From a candidate division WWE3 bacterium (GTDB lineage: Bacteria; Patescibacteriota; WWE3; UBA101185; UBA10185), in the NCBI GenBank assembly GCA_003599255.1, contig QZJF01000005.1:32985-96984 (forward strand): a stretch of 64,000 nucleotides of DNA, read 5' to 3'. Shown one piece after another: positions 11,701 through 22,900 of the stretch. Every line of letters begins with the position of its first letter. Within the stretch, counting starts at the first letter, position 1. The translations under genes were made by a program, and so were the position numbers. The notes beneath the pieces are model-generated. The model saw only the letters and a program-made list of their open reading frames with translations. It was not told the DNA's origin and made no database searches.

Positions 11701-13909
11701 GAAGTCCCGATCCTGCAAAAAGCACTACAGTTAGATGCCAGGCAGATGTAGGTGTAGTGGTCCAGTTAATTCTGACTCCGTTGGTTAAGAATTGAGTAAA
11801 TTCCGCAGTTCCAAGAGATGTTGTAGTTGAAGCAGTAGGGTCAATAATGTATACCGTTGCATCAGTACCGCCTCTTGCGTCGGTATTATCTGAGGTGAGA
11901 CCATTTTGTGTTTTAAATGCTGTGTACCATTCGTTTGTGGCTCCTGTAGCGGTGCCGTATGACATAGACACGCCGTCGGTTGCTGTATCGTCTACTGTTG
12001 TGGCAGTGGCAATAATCATTACGGCTTTAGGTGTGTTTCCACCTAAATTTGAATTTGTAATGTCCTGAGTTCCTCCGCCCGTGTTTGCGGTGGTTCTTGT
12101 CACTGCTATGACGGCACCCGAACCTGTACCCTCTACCCAGCCCGTGTCATAAGTTGTGTTTTCAAACGATGGGTTTTCTATCTTATTTGTAGTTGCTTCT
12201 TCGGTAAAAATGCCGTTGTGTGATGCAAAGGAATGTGAATGAACCCTGCCAAGATCGGGTGACAGTGTGTACAAATCACCGCTATCCCAATCGTTATCTG
12301 TACCTCCAGCAAGTGTGGCAGCGAGCGTGTTTGCGGTATTAGAAGTAATCACCCCATGTGACGCGTCCGTGGAATTTGAGAGAATGTATCCCACCCATTC
12401 ATTTGTTACCCACGACGCGTCGCTGTCTTCAAGAACAGATGAATTGCTCGTTCCCGTGTGGGAGCCAAATTCGGAAGGACCGTCGTGTCCAACAAATCCA
12501 ATAACGTAAACGCCGCCACTAAGTGTTGCGTGATTGTCATTGGCCGTTTCGTCAATAACTTTACCCGTCTGTCTTGAGTCATCTGCATCTTCGTCATAGT
12601 GATATAAGACATCGGTAAAAAAGTCATTGCTATGTGGAAAACCTGGTTCCACGAAATCCGATGTGTATCTAACGGTGTTTGAAATTCTAGTCTCGTCAAC
12701 TAGACCGGATAAATATGTATCCAAGGTTCCTGACGTGTTTTCTTTGGCACCAAGATAGAGCAGGGAAGCATTATCATCAATGGATGAGCCGGCTGATCCG
12801 ATTTGTACCGCGTCCTTTGTGCCGTTTACGTATAGGTCGATTGTCTGGGCGGATGCATCATAAACTCCTGCCACGTGATACCAGGCACTTTTTGTAATCG
12901 TAGTATTTGAGCCTGTTATTGTTACTACACTGGCAGATGTTCCGGCTGAAGAAACCGAGAATGCAAATTTGTTACCTGAGGTTACATACAATCTGTAGGA
13001 CCGGTCGTCGTTAGCGGTGGTCTCATCCCACTTTCCGATTATAGTCTGTTCGGCATCAAGGGCTCTGATTTTAACCCAAGTTTCAACAGTCAGGTCTCCG
13101 GTAACGGATAATGATGAACTGTCGGCAGCTGATGCGTAGTCATTAAAACCGTCAAACATAACTCCGCTTTTTAGGCCGGTGTATCTGAGAGATCCGCTCT
13201 CTGTATTTGCCGAAACGGAGCCACTGCCGTTTATACAGTCCGCTGTTCCTCTAAAAGGGCAGACAAATGTGGCAGTTGTCCCAGAAAAGTCAAATGCATC
13301 AACAGCTGTTGTAGTACGTGCACCTGCTTCTTTGTTTGAAAAGTATAAGTAATAGTCAGTTGTTGTTGAGCCGCTGTTAAGACCTGCCTGGAGCGGAAAA
13401 TATATCATTGTTGACTCACTTGTTGAACATGCACTGTTGTTTGGATATTCTAAATGGACAGACATCTCTGTGTTTGTTGAATCATTAGGTTGATACAATA
13501 CCCTGATATCGTCGCAATCCACCTGTGCTTTGCCTGAATCGTACAATTCTTTAGTATTTACTGATATTGCCACTGTTGTACTAGCTGCCAGGTTTTCCGA
13601 GCTTTGATTTGTAAGCGTAATTCTTTGTCTCTTTTCCCACTTGATGTGTCCCGGCGACCATAATGCTTCGACATCTTTTGAGTTTTTTAGCAAAATGAAG
13701 AAGAGAGGGATAAGTATAACCATTGTGCCTATGGCGAAGGGCACCAAGGGTCTTTTCCATTTTTTTATAAACTTAAAAGTTCTATCAAAAACCCCTAAAA
13801 GAAAATAACCCAGTTTGGTGACATATTTTGTAACCGGTCTTAGAAAAAAAAGGAATTTCGACGAAGTCCTTTTTAATATTTTTCTTATCTTTTCTTTGCT
13901 TTTTGCCAT
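5771..13909 (-). CDS. Giant surface protein 1 (2712 aa): basic N-tail, TM/extended signal peptide, shared juxtamembrane module, multiple LamG/ConA-like lectin domains
   Basis: Uninterrupted 8.1-kb ORF. The N-terminus has a K/R-rich tail, the hydrophobic stretch LVPFAIGTMVILIPLFFILL, then VEALWSP...WEKRQRITLTNQS...DCDDIRVLY, which resembles a DUF2341-like module. LamG (PF13385-type) signatures recur: LVDETRISNTVRYTSDF, LDEVRVYNRLLSQREV, VDEVKIYNYDRTSTQ, LDDVRIYNYPRTAAQI. The C-terminus is ...GSVNFGY. Confidence 0.85.
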   Translation of the reverse strand: MAKSKEKIRKILKRTSSKFLFFLRPVTKYVTKLGYFLLGVFDRTFKFIKKWKRPLVPFAIGTMVILIPLFFILLKNSKDVEALWSPGHIKWEKRQRITLTNQSSENLAASTTVAISVNTKELYDSGKAQVDCDDIRVLYQPNDSTNTEMSVHLEYPNNSACSTSESTMIYFPLQAGLNSGSTTTDYYLYFSNKEAGARTTTAVDAFDFSGTTATFVCPFRGTADCINGSGSVSANTESGSLRYTGLKSGVMFDGFNDYASAADSSSLSVTGDLTVETWVKIRALDAEQTIIGKWDETTANDDRSYRLYVTSGNKFAFSVSSAGTSASVVTITGSNTTITKSAWYHVAGVYDASAQTIDLYVNGTKDAVQIGSAGSSIDDNASLLYLGAKENTSGTLDTYLSGLVDETRISNTVRYTSDFVEPGFPHSNDFFTDVLYHYDEDADDSRQTGKVIDETANDNHATLSGGVYVIGFVGHDGPSEFGSHTGTSNSSVLEDSDASWVTNEWVGYILSNSTDASHGVITSNTANTLAATLAGGTDNDWDSGDLYTLSPDLGRVHSHSFASHNGIFTEEATTNKIENPSFENTTYDTGWVEGTGSGAVIAVTRTTANTGGGTQDITNSNLGGNTPKAVMIIATATTVDDTATDGVSMSYGTATGATNEWYTAFKTQNGLTSDNTDARGGTDATVYIIDPTASTTTSLGTAEFTQFLTNGVRINWTTTPTSAWHLTVVLFAGSGLQAYAGTQGLGTTQDSAFDITAPGFQPDIIFGTNGTVGSTQFYLSSFGVATYNGSTITQHALANRFTYISSQGAPATRYIDTGIVGGAQVNGNLVWYGELSAFDSSGFTITTRSGGASNATFFYLALDVSSSSSWVGTHTTPTSTGNYAETAPGFTPQFVFQVENMTEAVNTPYADGNAGAFGFSVFDPNESYSNNWAYEDGVSPVNAQTLSDDQAVNLPNDDGTTGITGTFVSMDTASGWTTNYTNVAASGKKFLAAAIESPEYLTKTIETSAPYVKFGSRSTKIVAAGSATSLVHSTNAGNTNTHTFSFYVYRGTAGNVGGTIDNTVAQAVWQGTAQSSTTYENVGGGWWRLSYTGTGTASAADYGVWLPDGETLYVDGFVLEEKSAPTTYADGSLGTGYTWSGTINESSSSRAAADLDYTTSTNIDDAAGSISVWINPEWDGDDGVEHTILDADTSAGTLKLYKTTGNNIAITDGTNSATSSTASWTKHGWHHIVATWSAGTGLDIYVDSAAGTGGSFSAPTLSAGNFYLGQDKTNAAHSNTHISDLRIYDDALSQAEVTDTYHAGLVSFEVQYEVDYFPAGKGQKPVATWHFDEGYGSIAHDSTTYENDLTISGATWQRTNISQTGITALSLLFDGTDDYLYRDADSDFNFGTTSFTISGWFRHPSTVSGTDTILARYGTSGYKIYMNSSGYVCFAVDDDSTWSPDDEVCTTSTYGSYADSTWHHFSAVKSGTSTIYIYMDGVLINSKTSIVSTGTMDSNSNLYVGIDSDATSNPWAGTLDELVFYPYERTADQIATDLLGTQAGVNFGNINNDVATDGLVGYWKMNESAADSCTGGVNDSCDSSGNNHDGAWAGNVGATSGKHGRGTSNDGTGDYISVTQTSALNFGDDFTVSLWMNTTTNNTNIVNDSFISKDLGGCGSGVSDWFANVRSGNVYFWTSGSACTTAISATDVNDGVWHHVVLTREKSTGSHRIYIDGLLDNEAFGNTGSVANTTDLIIGSLSASTSDTFLGNLDEVRVYNRLLSQREVNQLYLWAPGPVGHWKMDEGTGATAYDSSGNSNTGTLNGTPSWINGKFGNALDLNGSTDYINVGSGSTIDSVYYTNGTVSAWVKLDDFGDTNSRAILGAGAGTWYTDQSGDNMRIDFTYDRATVSGEWTTGYNIPKETWTHISVSYDASSTSNDPSIYINGVKQSITENQTPSGAATDGSGSDIYIGRANTTYVPGAVDEVKIYNYDRTSTQVIEDMNAGHPVPGSPVGSAIAYWKFDEGTGNLAYDESINSADLNLNNLASGSYWTNEGKFGKAYNVAGIYKAVSTSGIFSFGTGSFTINMWVKSSSSTAPASIEYLAGRGCVAGSKGYVLYFNTSGQLVFGIDDDTTCNPDDTATTSRNFYDNQWHMVTAVKTLTSRIDIYVDGVLQNSDTTISATTSLDGATNLIIGDLDATDNGDEFNGNIDETAFYDTALTSDQIKLLFNRAKSASWGAVSTDAAGSPSYSDSRSMCVPGSSDTCSAPISHWPLDDNTGTTASNIAQEHSGNENGTLQTGTSWTVGKIGAAVEFDGSSGYISTADLDDLDGVSQFTVSAWVKQNSLTDLATVFSKTQNSTARTIMQAGSGAVGSGNNDVVLYLSNGSAAYGYTTGDILTTDTWNLWTMVYDGSLATSSRLKFYLNGKEQALTLSGTIPATTSSNAVTVLLGAQAASTNLLNGTLDDVRIYNYPRTAAQIAWEYNRGAPVAEFKLDECSGDIANDTSRTSNNESGGNNGTITIGGSGSHSSAGTCSGSASDAWYNGASGKRNGSLAFDGTDDYVSVTDNSVFDITTKGSITAWINPTVLEYASIIGKWVAGGNQVSYSVDINPFGGVAILLDDNGAPFTGTSCTVTTTTTPLVVGNWHHVAFTYDASTPIVYIDGRAQFTSVSGTCPSSIFDSTSPFTIGALNTTQNFFNGLVDEVKVYNYPLTADQIRTDFNAGSVNFGY

Positions 13910-13965
13910 TATATAAATTCTAATTTACTGTTTTGTTTAATCCACTAATCCCTGCTGTAGTTCGG

Positions 13966-16900
13966 TTAGTCAAACCTTACGGCTCCGTAATTTATGATAT
14001 CTCTAATTTGCTCCACGGTTAGTGCATAATTAAACACTCTTATATCGTCAACTTGACCATTCGTTCCGTTTGCGGCTGCCGGATTGGAAACCGCAAATAC
14101 TTCTGAGTTGCTAAGATCTTCTAGAGATGTGTCCGAGTAAGAATTATCCAAGCTTCCGTCGACGTATATAAAGTGTCTTGAGGTATCTCTTCCGAATACG
14201 ATGTGATGCCAGTTTCCATCCGCCAAATTCGCTCTGACCTGGGTGTCGACTATGCCGGCAACCGGCTCATCCATTCTTAAAAACCATCCGGATGTGGGAG
14301 TCCTTCGAAATTCATACCCGGCAGCAGCCGCGCCTCTTTTTGAAATCAGGAACTGAGTAGTGTCAGTATCATCGGCTTTCATCCAAAACGATATTGAGAA
14401 AGTTTGGTCTGCGCCAAAGTCAAATATGCCGCTGGACGGATCACCCATGGTTACGTAATCATCATCCCCGTCAAAACCTAGTGATGAGTTTATTTTTCCA
14501 GAGGTGCCATCATTCCACATTTCAGTAGAAGTTCCGGATCCGCAGGTACCCGCGGAAGTATTGCCACTGGCGCCGGGTGTAATTGTACCGTTGTTGCCAT
14601 TTCCACTAGAGTCATATGCAGTTGTTCCCGAACATTCGTCAAATTTCCACCAACCTATCGGGCTGCCCTTGTTATATTCCCACGCGACCTGGGCAGGGGA
14701 ACGCGCGTAATCATAAAGTGTGACGTTATCAATTATCCCGTTCCAGTAGAAAGTGGAATTTTGTTGACCTATTCTTGACTCTGCGGACCCTCCATTTAGA
14801 CTGTTTGTTGCGGAGAAATCTGTGTCACTTGCGAGTAATTTTCCGTCAATATAGAGACTTACCGTAGTTCCACTAAATACAAGTGTGGCCATGTGCATTT
14901 TTCCGTCACTAAGACTTGTCGTAGTGTCAGTTAGGGTCTGAGCGGCCCCTCCGGAATCACGATAATCTACGCTTAAATACCGGCCGGAGTTTCTGGTTCC
15001 AAAGCCGAATCTTACATCTGAATTTGATGTTCCGGTCAGCACAAACAGTCTGCTTATGCCCGTACCTATTGAGTTATCTTTTAGCCAAAAGTTAAGAGTT
15101 GCTGCTGTATCGGTAGAGACGTAAAAGTTGCTTGATGTGCCTACATTTATATAATCACTGGAACCGTCTAAAAGTAGGCAACTGCCGGATTTACATGAGC
15201 CTGCATGACTCCATGAAGGATCGCTCGAATCAGAACCGGAAGTTGTACCAAGAGTTCCGTTATTACCACTACCGCTTGTGTCATAGGGAACTTGTCCCGT
15301 CTTTTCATCAAATTTCCACTCAGCAATTGGAGAGGTACAAGCCGACCCCTGACCCGGAGGACAGTACTCATTAGCAGACGACCATGTTGGATTGTTAGAT
15401 GAGTTGGTTCCGGTTGACCCAAAGACGGATACCATGCCTGCGTTGTGGGAAGTTTTTACCTGATCATCTGTCAGTGCAAATTTATATATCTTTGTTGAGT
15501 CGAGAAAACCGTCATAAAAATCACCTGTCACTGTAGTTTTATATGCGCCCAGGGTATCGTAAGCAGTGGTCAGGGTGCCCGCAGTGTAAAGTGTGTTTGT
15601 AAATGTAACGGACTGCGTTGTGGATAATATTCCGTCAACATAAATTTTTATTTGGTCGTTTTGAAAGTCCAATATACCAACGATATGGTGCCATTCAGTT
15701 GGATCCGAAAGGGCAGCAGTAGCTGTTTCCAAAGTTTCAGCAGCAACGCTTCTTCCTGCCACTTCTACACTGTTATCTCCATAAACACTAAGCAAAGCAC
15801 CGGAATTTCCGTCAGCCACATGAAGGCTTATCATACGTCCTCTGGAAGTCCCACCGGGATATGTCTGTGGTTTCATCCATGTTTCAAGTGTAATTGCAGA
15901 GGCTCCGTCTAGCTCGGTGGTTACGGCTCCTACTCCAAAATCAACAATAGAGTCCGAACCGTTAAAGGATAGAGCTTTGCCAAACTTTCCGCTATTTGAC
16001 CATGTAGCAGATGTGATTGTACCGTCCAGATCCGCTCCGCCGTTTCCTGAGTTATGTGCTGTACTGCCGTAACCCTCATCAAGTTTCCAATGCCCTAAAG
16101 CCGAACCTACAGGAGATCCTGGAGCAGGGTGTCCTGCGTTCATATCTTCTATTATCTGAGCACGTGTACGAGCGTAGTTGTATATCCGCACATCGTCAAT
16201 TCCACCATTTTGCATTTCCGATGATGTATCCTCTTCGCCAATGGTTATGTTATCCGAGTTAGACGCATCAGTTGTGGAAATTGATGTATCTGAGCCGTAG
16301 AGTATCCCGTCCACATAAAGATACAACCCTGCCAAGCCCGTTTTGTCACCGTCTCTATCTAAGACACATGCGATATGATGCCATTGACCGTCGTTAATAC
16401 CGGCACCTATATTGTTAGCCGTATCAAAGTTTGTTCCGTCCCCGATATAACAGTTGACTGCGCCCGCACCTCCGCCCTCGGTGTAATAGACCGTATATCC
16501 CGGTGCGTTCAATGCATCAGAGAAGCCCTTGTTTATTAGCTTTGTGCCGGCCTCGCTTTGTGTGATACGTGTCCATAATGTGTATGTGAAATCACTAGTA
16601 TCGGTTAAATCCAATAAGCCACTGGCCGGATCGGATATTGTGGTTACATCTTGAGCACCGTCCTGTGATGCCAGCATCGCAGACCCATACTTACCGAGCC
16701 CCCATCCGCTATTTGATAAAGTTCCGTTGTTCCCGTTTCCGGATGTGTCATATACTGTTGTGCCGGTATTTTCGTTAAAATTCCAGTATCCCGCGGGACC
16801 GGGTGTCCAAGCATAAAGATTCTCCACCTCATCATGGCTAACGGGTCTGTTGTATATTCTCACTTCGTCAATTTTTCCGTCAAATCTTTCGTCCTGACCC

Positions 16901-19900
16901 AGATTACTATTGCTTGAACCGTAGGATTTTCCAAAAATAAGATCCAGAGAAGAGTTATTTAACGTTAAACTTGTATCAACTGAGCTTTCTAGGATTCCGT
17001 TGATGTACAAACTTAATTTATAACCGTCATATGTGATTAGGGTGTGGTACCAGGTACCAGAGGTAAAGCTATCAGTTGTGGAAGAAATTATTTTGGTTAC
17101 ATCGGTGCCATATCTGAGAAAATGATCGTTTGAAGCTACGCCGCAAATATTGGCAACGTTGGTTGTAATTAACAGATCACCTTTCCACGATGAAATACTG
17201 TTGCTGCCATTATCGCTTGAGAAAGTACAGCCGATTGGATTGGTGAAGCTTGTACCGTCCCACATTGCGGTGCCGTCTGCCGTAGTATCTCCGCCCGCAT
17301 CTGAAAATCGACCGGTCAGCCATAACTTTCCCTGATGTACAGACATCTCCACTACATCTGGGCCTGATCCGGTTAGGGCAGCCTGTGCTCCTGTAGGCCA
17401 GCTCCATGAAGAACCGTTCCACATTGCAATGTAATTCGCATCTGCATCACCTCCGGCACTTGTAAATGTTCCCCCTGCATACAAGTTCCCGTCCCATGCT
17501 ATCATGGTTGTTACATCATTAGACAGTCCCATGCCTGTAGGCCACTCCCATGATGTTCCGTTCCATTTTGCAATTCTATCCGCATCTGCATCGCCTCCGG
17601 CATTAACAAATTTTCCTCCCACATATAACTCGCCTTTCCACGTAGCCAGATCATTTACTGTTTGGTTATTACCCAGGGTTTGTCCCGTGGGCCAGCTCCA
17701 GCTTGAACCGTCCCACTTTGCAATATAATCGGCATCAGCGTCACCGCCGGCATTTGTGAAATCACCCCCGGCATATAACTCATTATTCCAAACTATTAGA
17801 GCATTAACACTTGCGTTTAGTCCCATGCCGGTGGGCCATTCCCATGAGGTTCCGTTCCATTTTGCAATTCTATCCCCGTCAGTGTCCCCGCCGGCATCTA
17901 TAAAACTTCCGGCCGCGTATAATTCACCGTTCCATAATATTAAACTTCTGACATAACTGCTTAAGCTCTGCCCGGCGGGCCAGCTCCAGCTTGAACCGTC
18001 CCACTTTGCAATATTATCGGCATCTGTATTACCTCCGTAATCATCAAAAGATCCCCCAATGTACAAATTGCCTCCGAATTCTTGAGTGACATACACGTTA
18101 TCATAATCGAAGTCCGTGCTAGTTGCCCCTTCTACCAGAGTAAGAGATTTTGCTGAATCATCGTTGACAACAAACTTTATCTTACCGTCTGAATGATCTA
18201 AATAAAGTCTATAATCTCCCTTATCTAGAATGGTCTGAGGAAAATTACTGGAGCCGCTAAACGTACTGTCAGGATTTATCCATGCTGATATGGTGAATTG
18301 GTTAGTGGGGGATAGGCTTCCGTCATGAGGGATTGCAAGATAATCGTCAGCCCCGTCAATATCTCCCGCTTGACCGAATTTTCCTGTGGTTGTGGTGGTG
18401 ACTGCCGTACCTCCGCTGTCCATGGAGGATGTGCCGTCATTTGAATTAATTGAAGAGTCAGTGACCTCTCCCGATGTTCCGTTCCACGAACTTGAGTCCA
18501 TTTTCCAGTATCCGGTGAGACCGTGGGTTAAAGTATCAAAAGCCTGTGCTCCATATAGTTGTGCAATTTGTGATCCTAAATAGTCTTCCTTTACCTGCGA
18601 TTCATCTCTTGCATATGGATAAAAAACAATTTCATCGAGTTGGCCGGTCCAGAAATCAGAGCCATTTGAATCGGATCCCACGTATAAAGCGGATGTATTG
18701 CTCAACGTTCCGGTATTTCCTATTGTGGAATCAGTGGTTTTAAGATACCCGTCAATATAGATTTTTATTGATGTAGTAGCATCTTTTACGGCTTCAAAGT
18801 GGTGCCATTTAGAGTCCGCAAACGACTCAGTTGAACAGGCGATATCTCCGTCAAAGGTGGAATCTTGATCAATCCCAAAACATATTAACCCCCCGGCATT
18901 CATATACACCTTGTAACCTGCTTCGTTGTATTTTGAAACAATGGTATCCGTCCCGGATATTGTAGATGAATGCCTAAACCAGCCGGATATTGAAAATGAA
19001 CCGGTACCGAAATTCATTTCTTTGGATATTTGGGCCGAGGCGGATGCGTAGTCGTCTGTGCCGTCAAAGCTTAAATTTCTAGTTAATCTGCTGTACGCAT
19101 TTGCCGATTGTGTGCTCCATGTCGCTCCCGAAATTGTTAAGTCATTAGCATAAGTGGAGGAGTCGTGTGCCGTTGAACCATAACTCTCGTCGAAGTGGTA
19201 TATACCTACGGGGTTCTGTCCTTTATCGGTATCAAAAGCATCGGTTTCGTATGTACCGGAGTGGGAGACAAGACCGGCGTAGTAGAGGTCTGCCACTTCC
19301 GTGGCTGTAAGGGCAGAGTCTGTAATTCTGAAATCTGAAATAGAACCTCCGGCTTGAGTACCACCTCCATTTCCAATTTCAAAAGTGGAGGCATCCGGTG
19401 CAAAGGTCCAACTTTGCCCGGAACTGCCGGCAGTACCAGCCGCCGCATCAACATATAATTGGCACCCGTCGGCACCAGCTGAATTAGTCGTATATGTAAG
19501 TGTGATCATATGCCATTCATCTTCGTCTATGGACGGAGAAGGGTGATTTCCACAACTGCGGCTAGTTCCGCCATCGGTATAAAATTCTACGCGTAAATCA
19601 GGGTCTGTTGCATTTTGTAAGTACATATATATGTAATCTTGTGCCCCGAACCCGTCCCATTTAAACAATCTTGCATTTTGCTGTAAGTCTTGGTATTCAC
19701 GTTTATACCAAAAGGAAATAGTGCCATTTGTTGAAATGTTTCCGGAAGAGTTATATTGAATGTTTGTCCCGGTTCTTGTACTGCATTGTGTGTTCTGATC
19801 TCCTGTTTCATCTTCTCCTGCATCCAGAGTTCCATCGCAATCGTCATCCCAGAAGTAAGTGTCGGATCCTCCCGAGTCAGACTCCAAAGAACCATCAGCG

Positions 19901-22900
19901 TAAGTTGTTGTATAGGATTTGGCCTCCAACTGAAACCCATCCACATAAACCGTTTTTCCGCTTAATACATACAATCCATAAGTGTTTGAGGTGTCCGTTG
20001 TTGTGCCGGAGTAGGTGAGTCTCCACCAGCCCCCGCCCATGTCCGTGTAGGTTGTTGAGGATTGGTTTACACCCTCCCAGACAAGTTGTGCGACTGTGTT
20101 GTTTACTGTTCCTCCCACGTTTCCACTGGTGCCCTCGTATACATAAGCGGATATGGTATGCGATGATGCAGCGTTGGGGTCGATTGGAATATTAAAGTAC
20201 CCATTGCCACCACTGGCTGCCAAGGTTGCACTTTTTGCGCCGAATTTATAATAAGGAGCGGAAGAGTTTTCGGTTGCAGTTATGTCGGGTCCAAGTACCT
20301 GTGCCCATTTTATAATCCAGTTATGGGTGGTTCCGTCTACCCAAGTCAGGTAAATTCGTCCCGAGTCGCCGTAATTTGAGGAAAGCTCAGCATTGCTTTG
20401 TGAAGTGAGTCCTGTCTGAATGTTTGTTGTGGCCGCCCAGTCGCTAAGGGTAGAGCATTCCGAAGCTGCTGCAGATACATCGCATGTTGAATACATAACT
20501 GTATTTGTGTTCCAGTCATACCAGTGTCCGTACAAATCACCCGTGGAAGTATCTATCGAAATACTGGGATCCACCGCCTGGTCTCCCAGGTCCACGGCTG
20601 TCTGCCAGGTACCGTTTGTTCCTGTCCCATTGTCCCATCTGAAATATTGTGGTCCGGATGAATGCCCAACCAATAAGTGAACATCGTAGTTTGTTGTGTC
20701 GGAAACTGCTGAGGCAGGATAGCCTGTCCCTGCCGCTAGTATCAAGTCTTGATTGACACCGTTTGTACAGTCGTTGCCGCCGGAATCTTCCCATCTCCCG
20801 TCAGTTTGTGAGTCATAGAAACATCCATATGCAACAGTGCCTTCATAGTACACCGCATACACATCCCCGGAGTTTAAAGGCACTATCATGTTGACTGAAG
20901 TTACAGTACTTGTTCCTGTTCCGATATTTACAGAGGAGTTCCAAGTACTTGGGTCGTTGGTGTTCGTGCTACGTACAGCATATATGTCCATGTTACCGCC
21001 CGTGTACTCGTTGGCCGTTGCCCATAGATAATTATTTGAGTCTCTTGTAATATAGGGGCCATACCATGTGTTAGCCGTATCAAAGACTGTGTATTCGGTG
21101 CCCCATGTGAAGTTTGACCCGGGATATGACGTAGCACTTCTGGCCATAATATTTCCTCCTGTTTTGTACACAATGAACAGATTGCTCGAGTCCCCGTAAA
21201 CCGAATAATCCTGAACATTTGAGGTTAGCGCGGCTCCTGTGTTTTGCGTCCAGTTGATTCCATCCGAAGAATAAAAAAACAAGACATCACCATTACCGTA
21301 GTCATAATAGCCTGTCCAGTATCTTGTACCATCAAACCAGGTTTTTCTTTGGAAGCTCGAGCCGTTAGACTGTGTTCCAGCTGATGTTAAATTTTGTACT
21401 TCAAGATTTCCCTGGGCGTCCCAGTTGTTATTAAAAGTACTGTATTCAAATGAAGGGTTTGTGACTTTGTTTGTTGTACCTTCCTCGAGGAATATGCCCT
21501 CGTGTCCTGCATATGAGTTTCCGCCTCCGGCTTTTCCTGTCGTAGTAGAGTTGTTATCAACACCGATTAATCCGGCCACATACTTTGCTCCCGTAATCGT
21601 GCCGTGGTTAGCATTGCCTGAGTCATCAATAACCTTGCCTGTGTTTCTGGGGTCATCTCCGTTTTCGTCCAGATGGAGAAGTAGTTTCGTATACTCATCA
21701 CGAACAAAAGGGGACGTAGGAGGAGTGAAGCTTGAAGTGTATCGCACAATGTTAGATACTCTGATCTCATCCATATAGCCATGGTAATCGCGGACTTGGT
21801 TGTGTGAATTTCCAATATATAAATTGTAAGCTGCATCAGAATTTCTTGAACCCACGGCATCTTGCTTACTAGTGTAGGACACTTCAGTACCCCCAACGTA
21901 GACATGTACATTATCTGATTCTGTTGTTCCATCCCATGTTACTGTAATGTGCTGCCATGTCTCGTAGCTAATTGCGTTGCTAGCAGAAGTAACATTTAAG
22001 TCGGTTGTTGAATAGCCTACATTGAAGATCAATTGTTTAACTGAACTAATATATAATTGAATGTTATTGTTGTTAGGTGTGGCAAAGTTATCTCCTTTTA
22101 GAAATAATCGCGGTGAGCTGCTAGATCCCAAACCGTGTATATAAAACCAACCTTCAAATGTAAAGGGACCCAGATCGTCGATCGTACTTCCGGACCCGCC
22201 ATCAATATAATCGTCAGATCCGTCAAAACTAAGTGCACTCTTTTCTCCGGTATATCTGATTGCCCCGGTTTCAGTTGACGGAGTCTCGCCGGCTGCGCAT
22301 GTAGTGGTGCCATCAAATGAACATACAAGCAGAGCGTCTTTTGATGATATGTCAAACGCGTCATCCGCGCCCGATGGAGTTGCGGCGTTTTGATTATCGT
22401 AATACATGTAATACGTAGTGGCTGTTGAACCGTCGCTTAATGCCGATTGAAGTTTAAAGTAAACTTTGCTGGCTTCTGACGTTCCGCATGTACCCCCACC
22501 TGGATATGAAATGTATCTGTCCAGCTCTGTAGCGGTAGATCCTGATTGAAAAACAACGCGCAAATCGTCACAATCTGTCTGCAATTTTCCCTGATTGACA
22601 AGTTCTTTTGTATTAATCGTTACCGCAATTGTAGTCTCAGTTGCCAGACTGTCCCCACTATTGTTAGTGATATTCAATTGTTGCCTTTTGAGCCAGCCGG
22701 TACCGGATTCCTGATTTTGCCACCAGTCAGCTTGTACGTTACGGGCATTCCTGATTAAAAATATAAAAACGGGAATAAGGATTATGATCAGTCCCAGAAA
22801 GAAGGGGAGTAGAAGCTTTTTGGTGCGATTCAATACTCTTAACTTACTGAAAATCTTTTGAGCCGCAATTTTTAGCGGATTTAATAATTTTATTAAAAAT

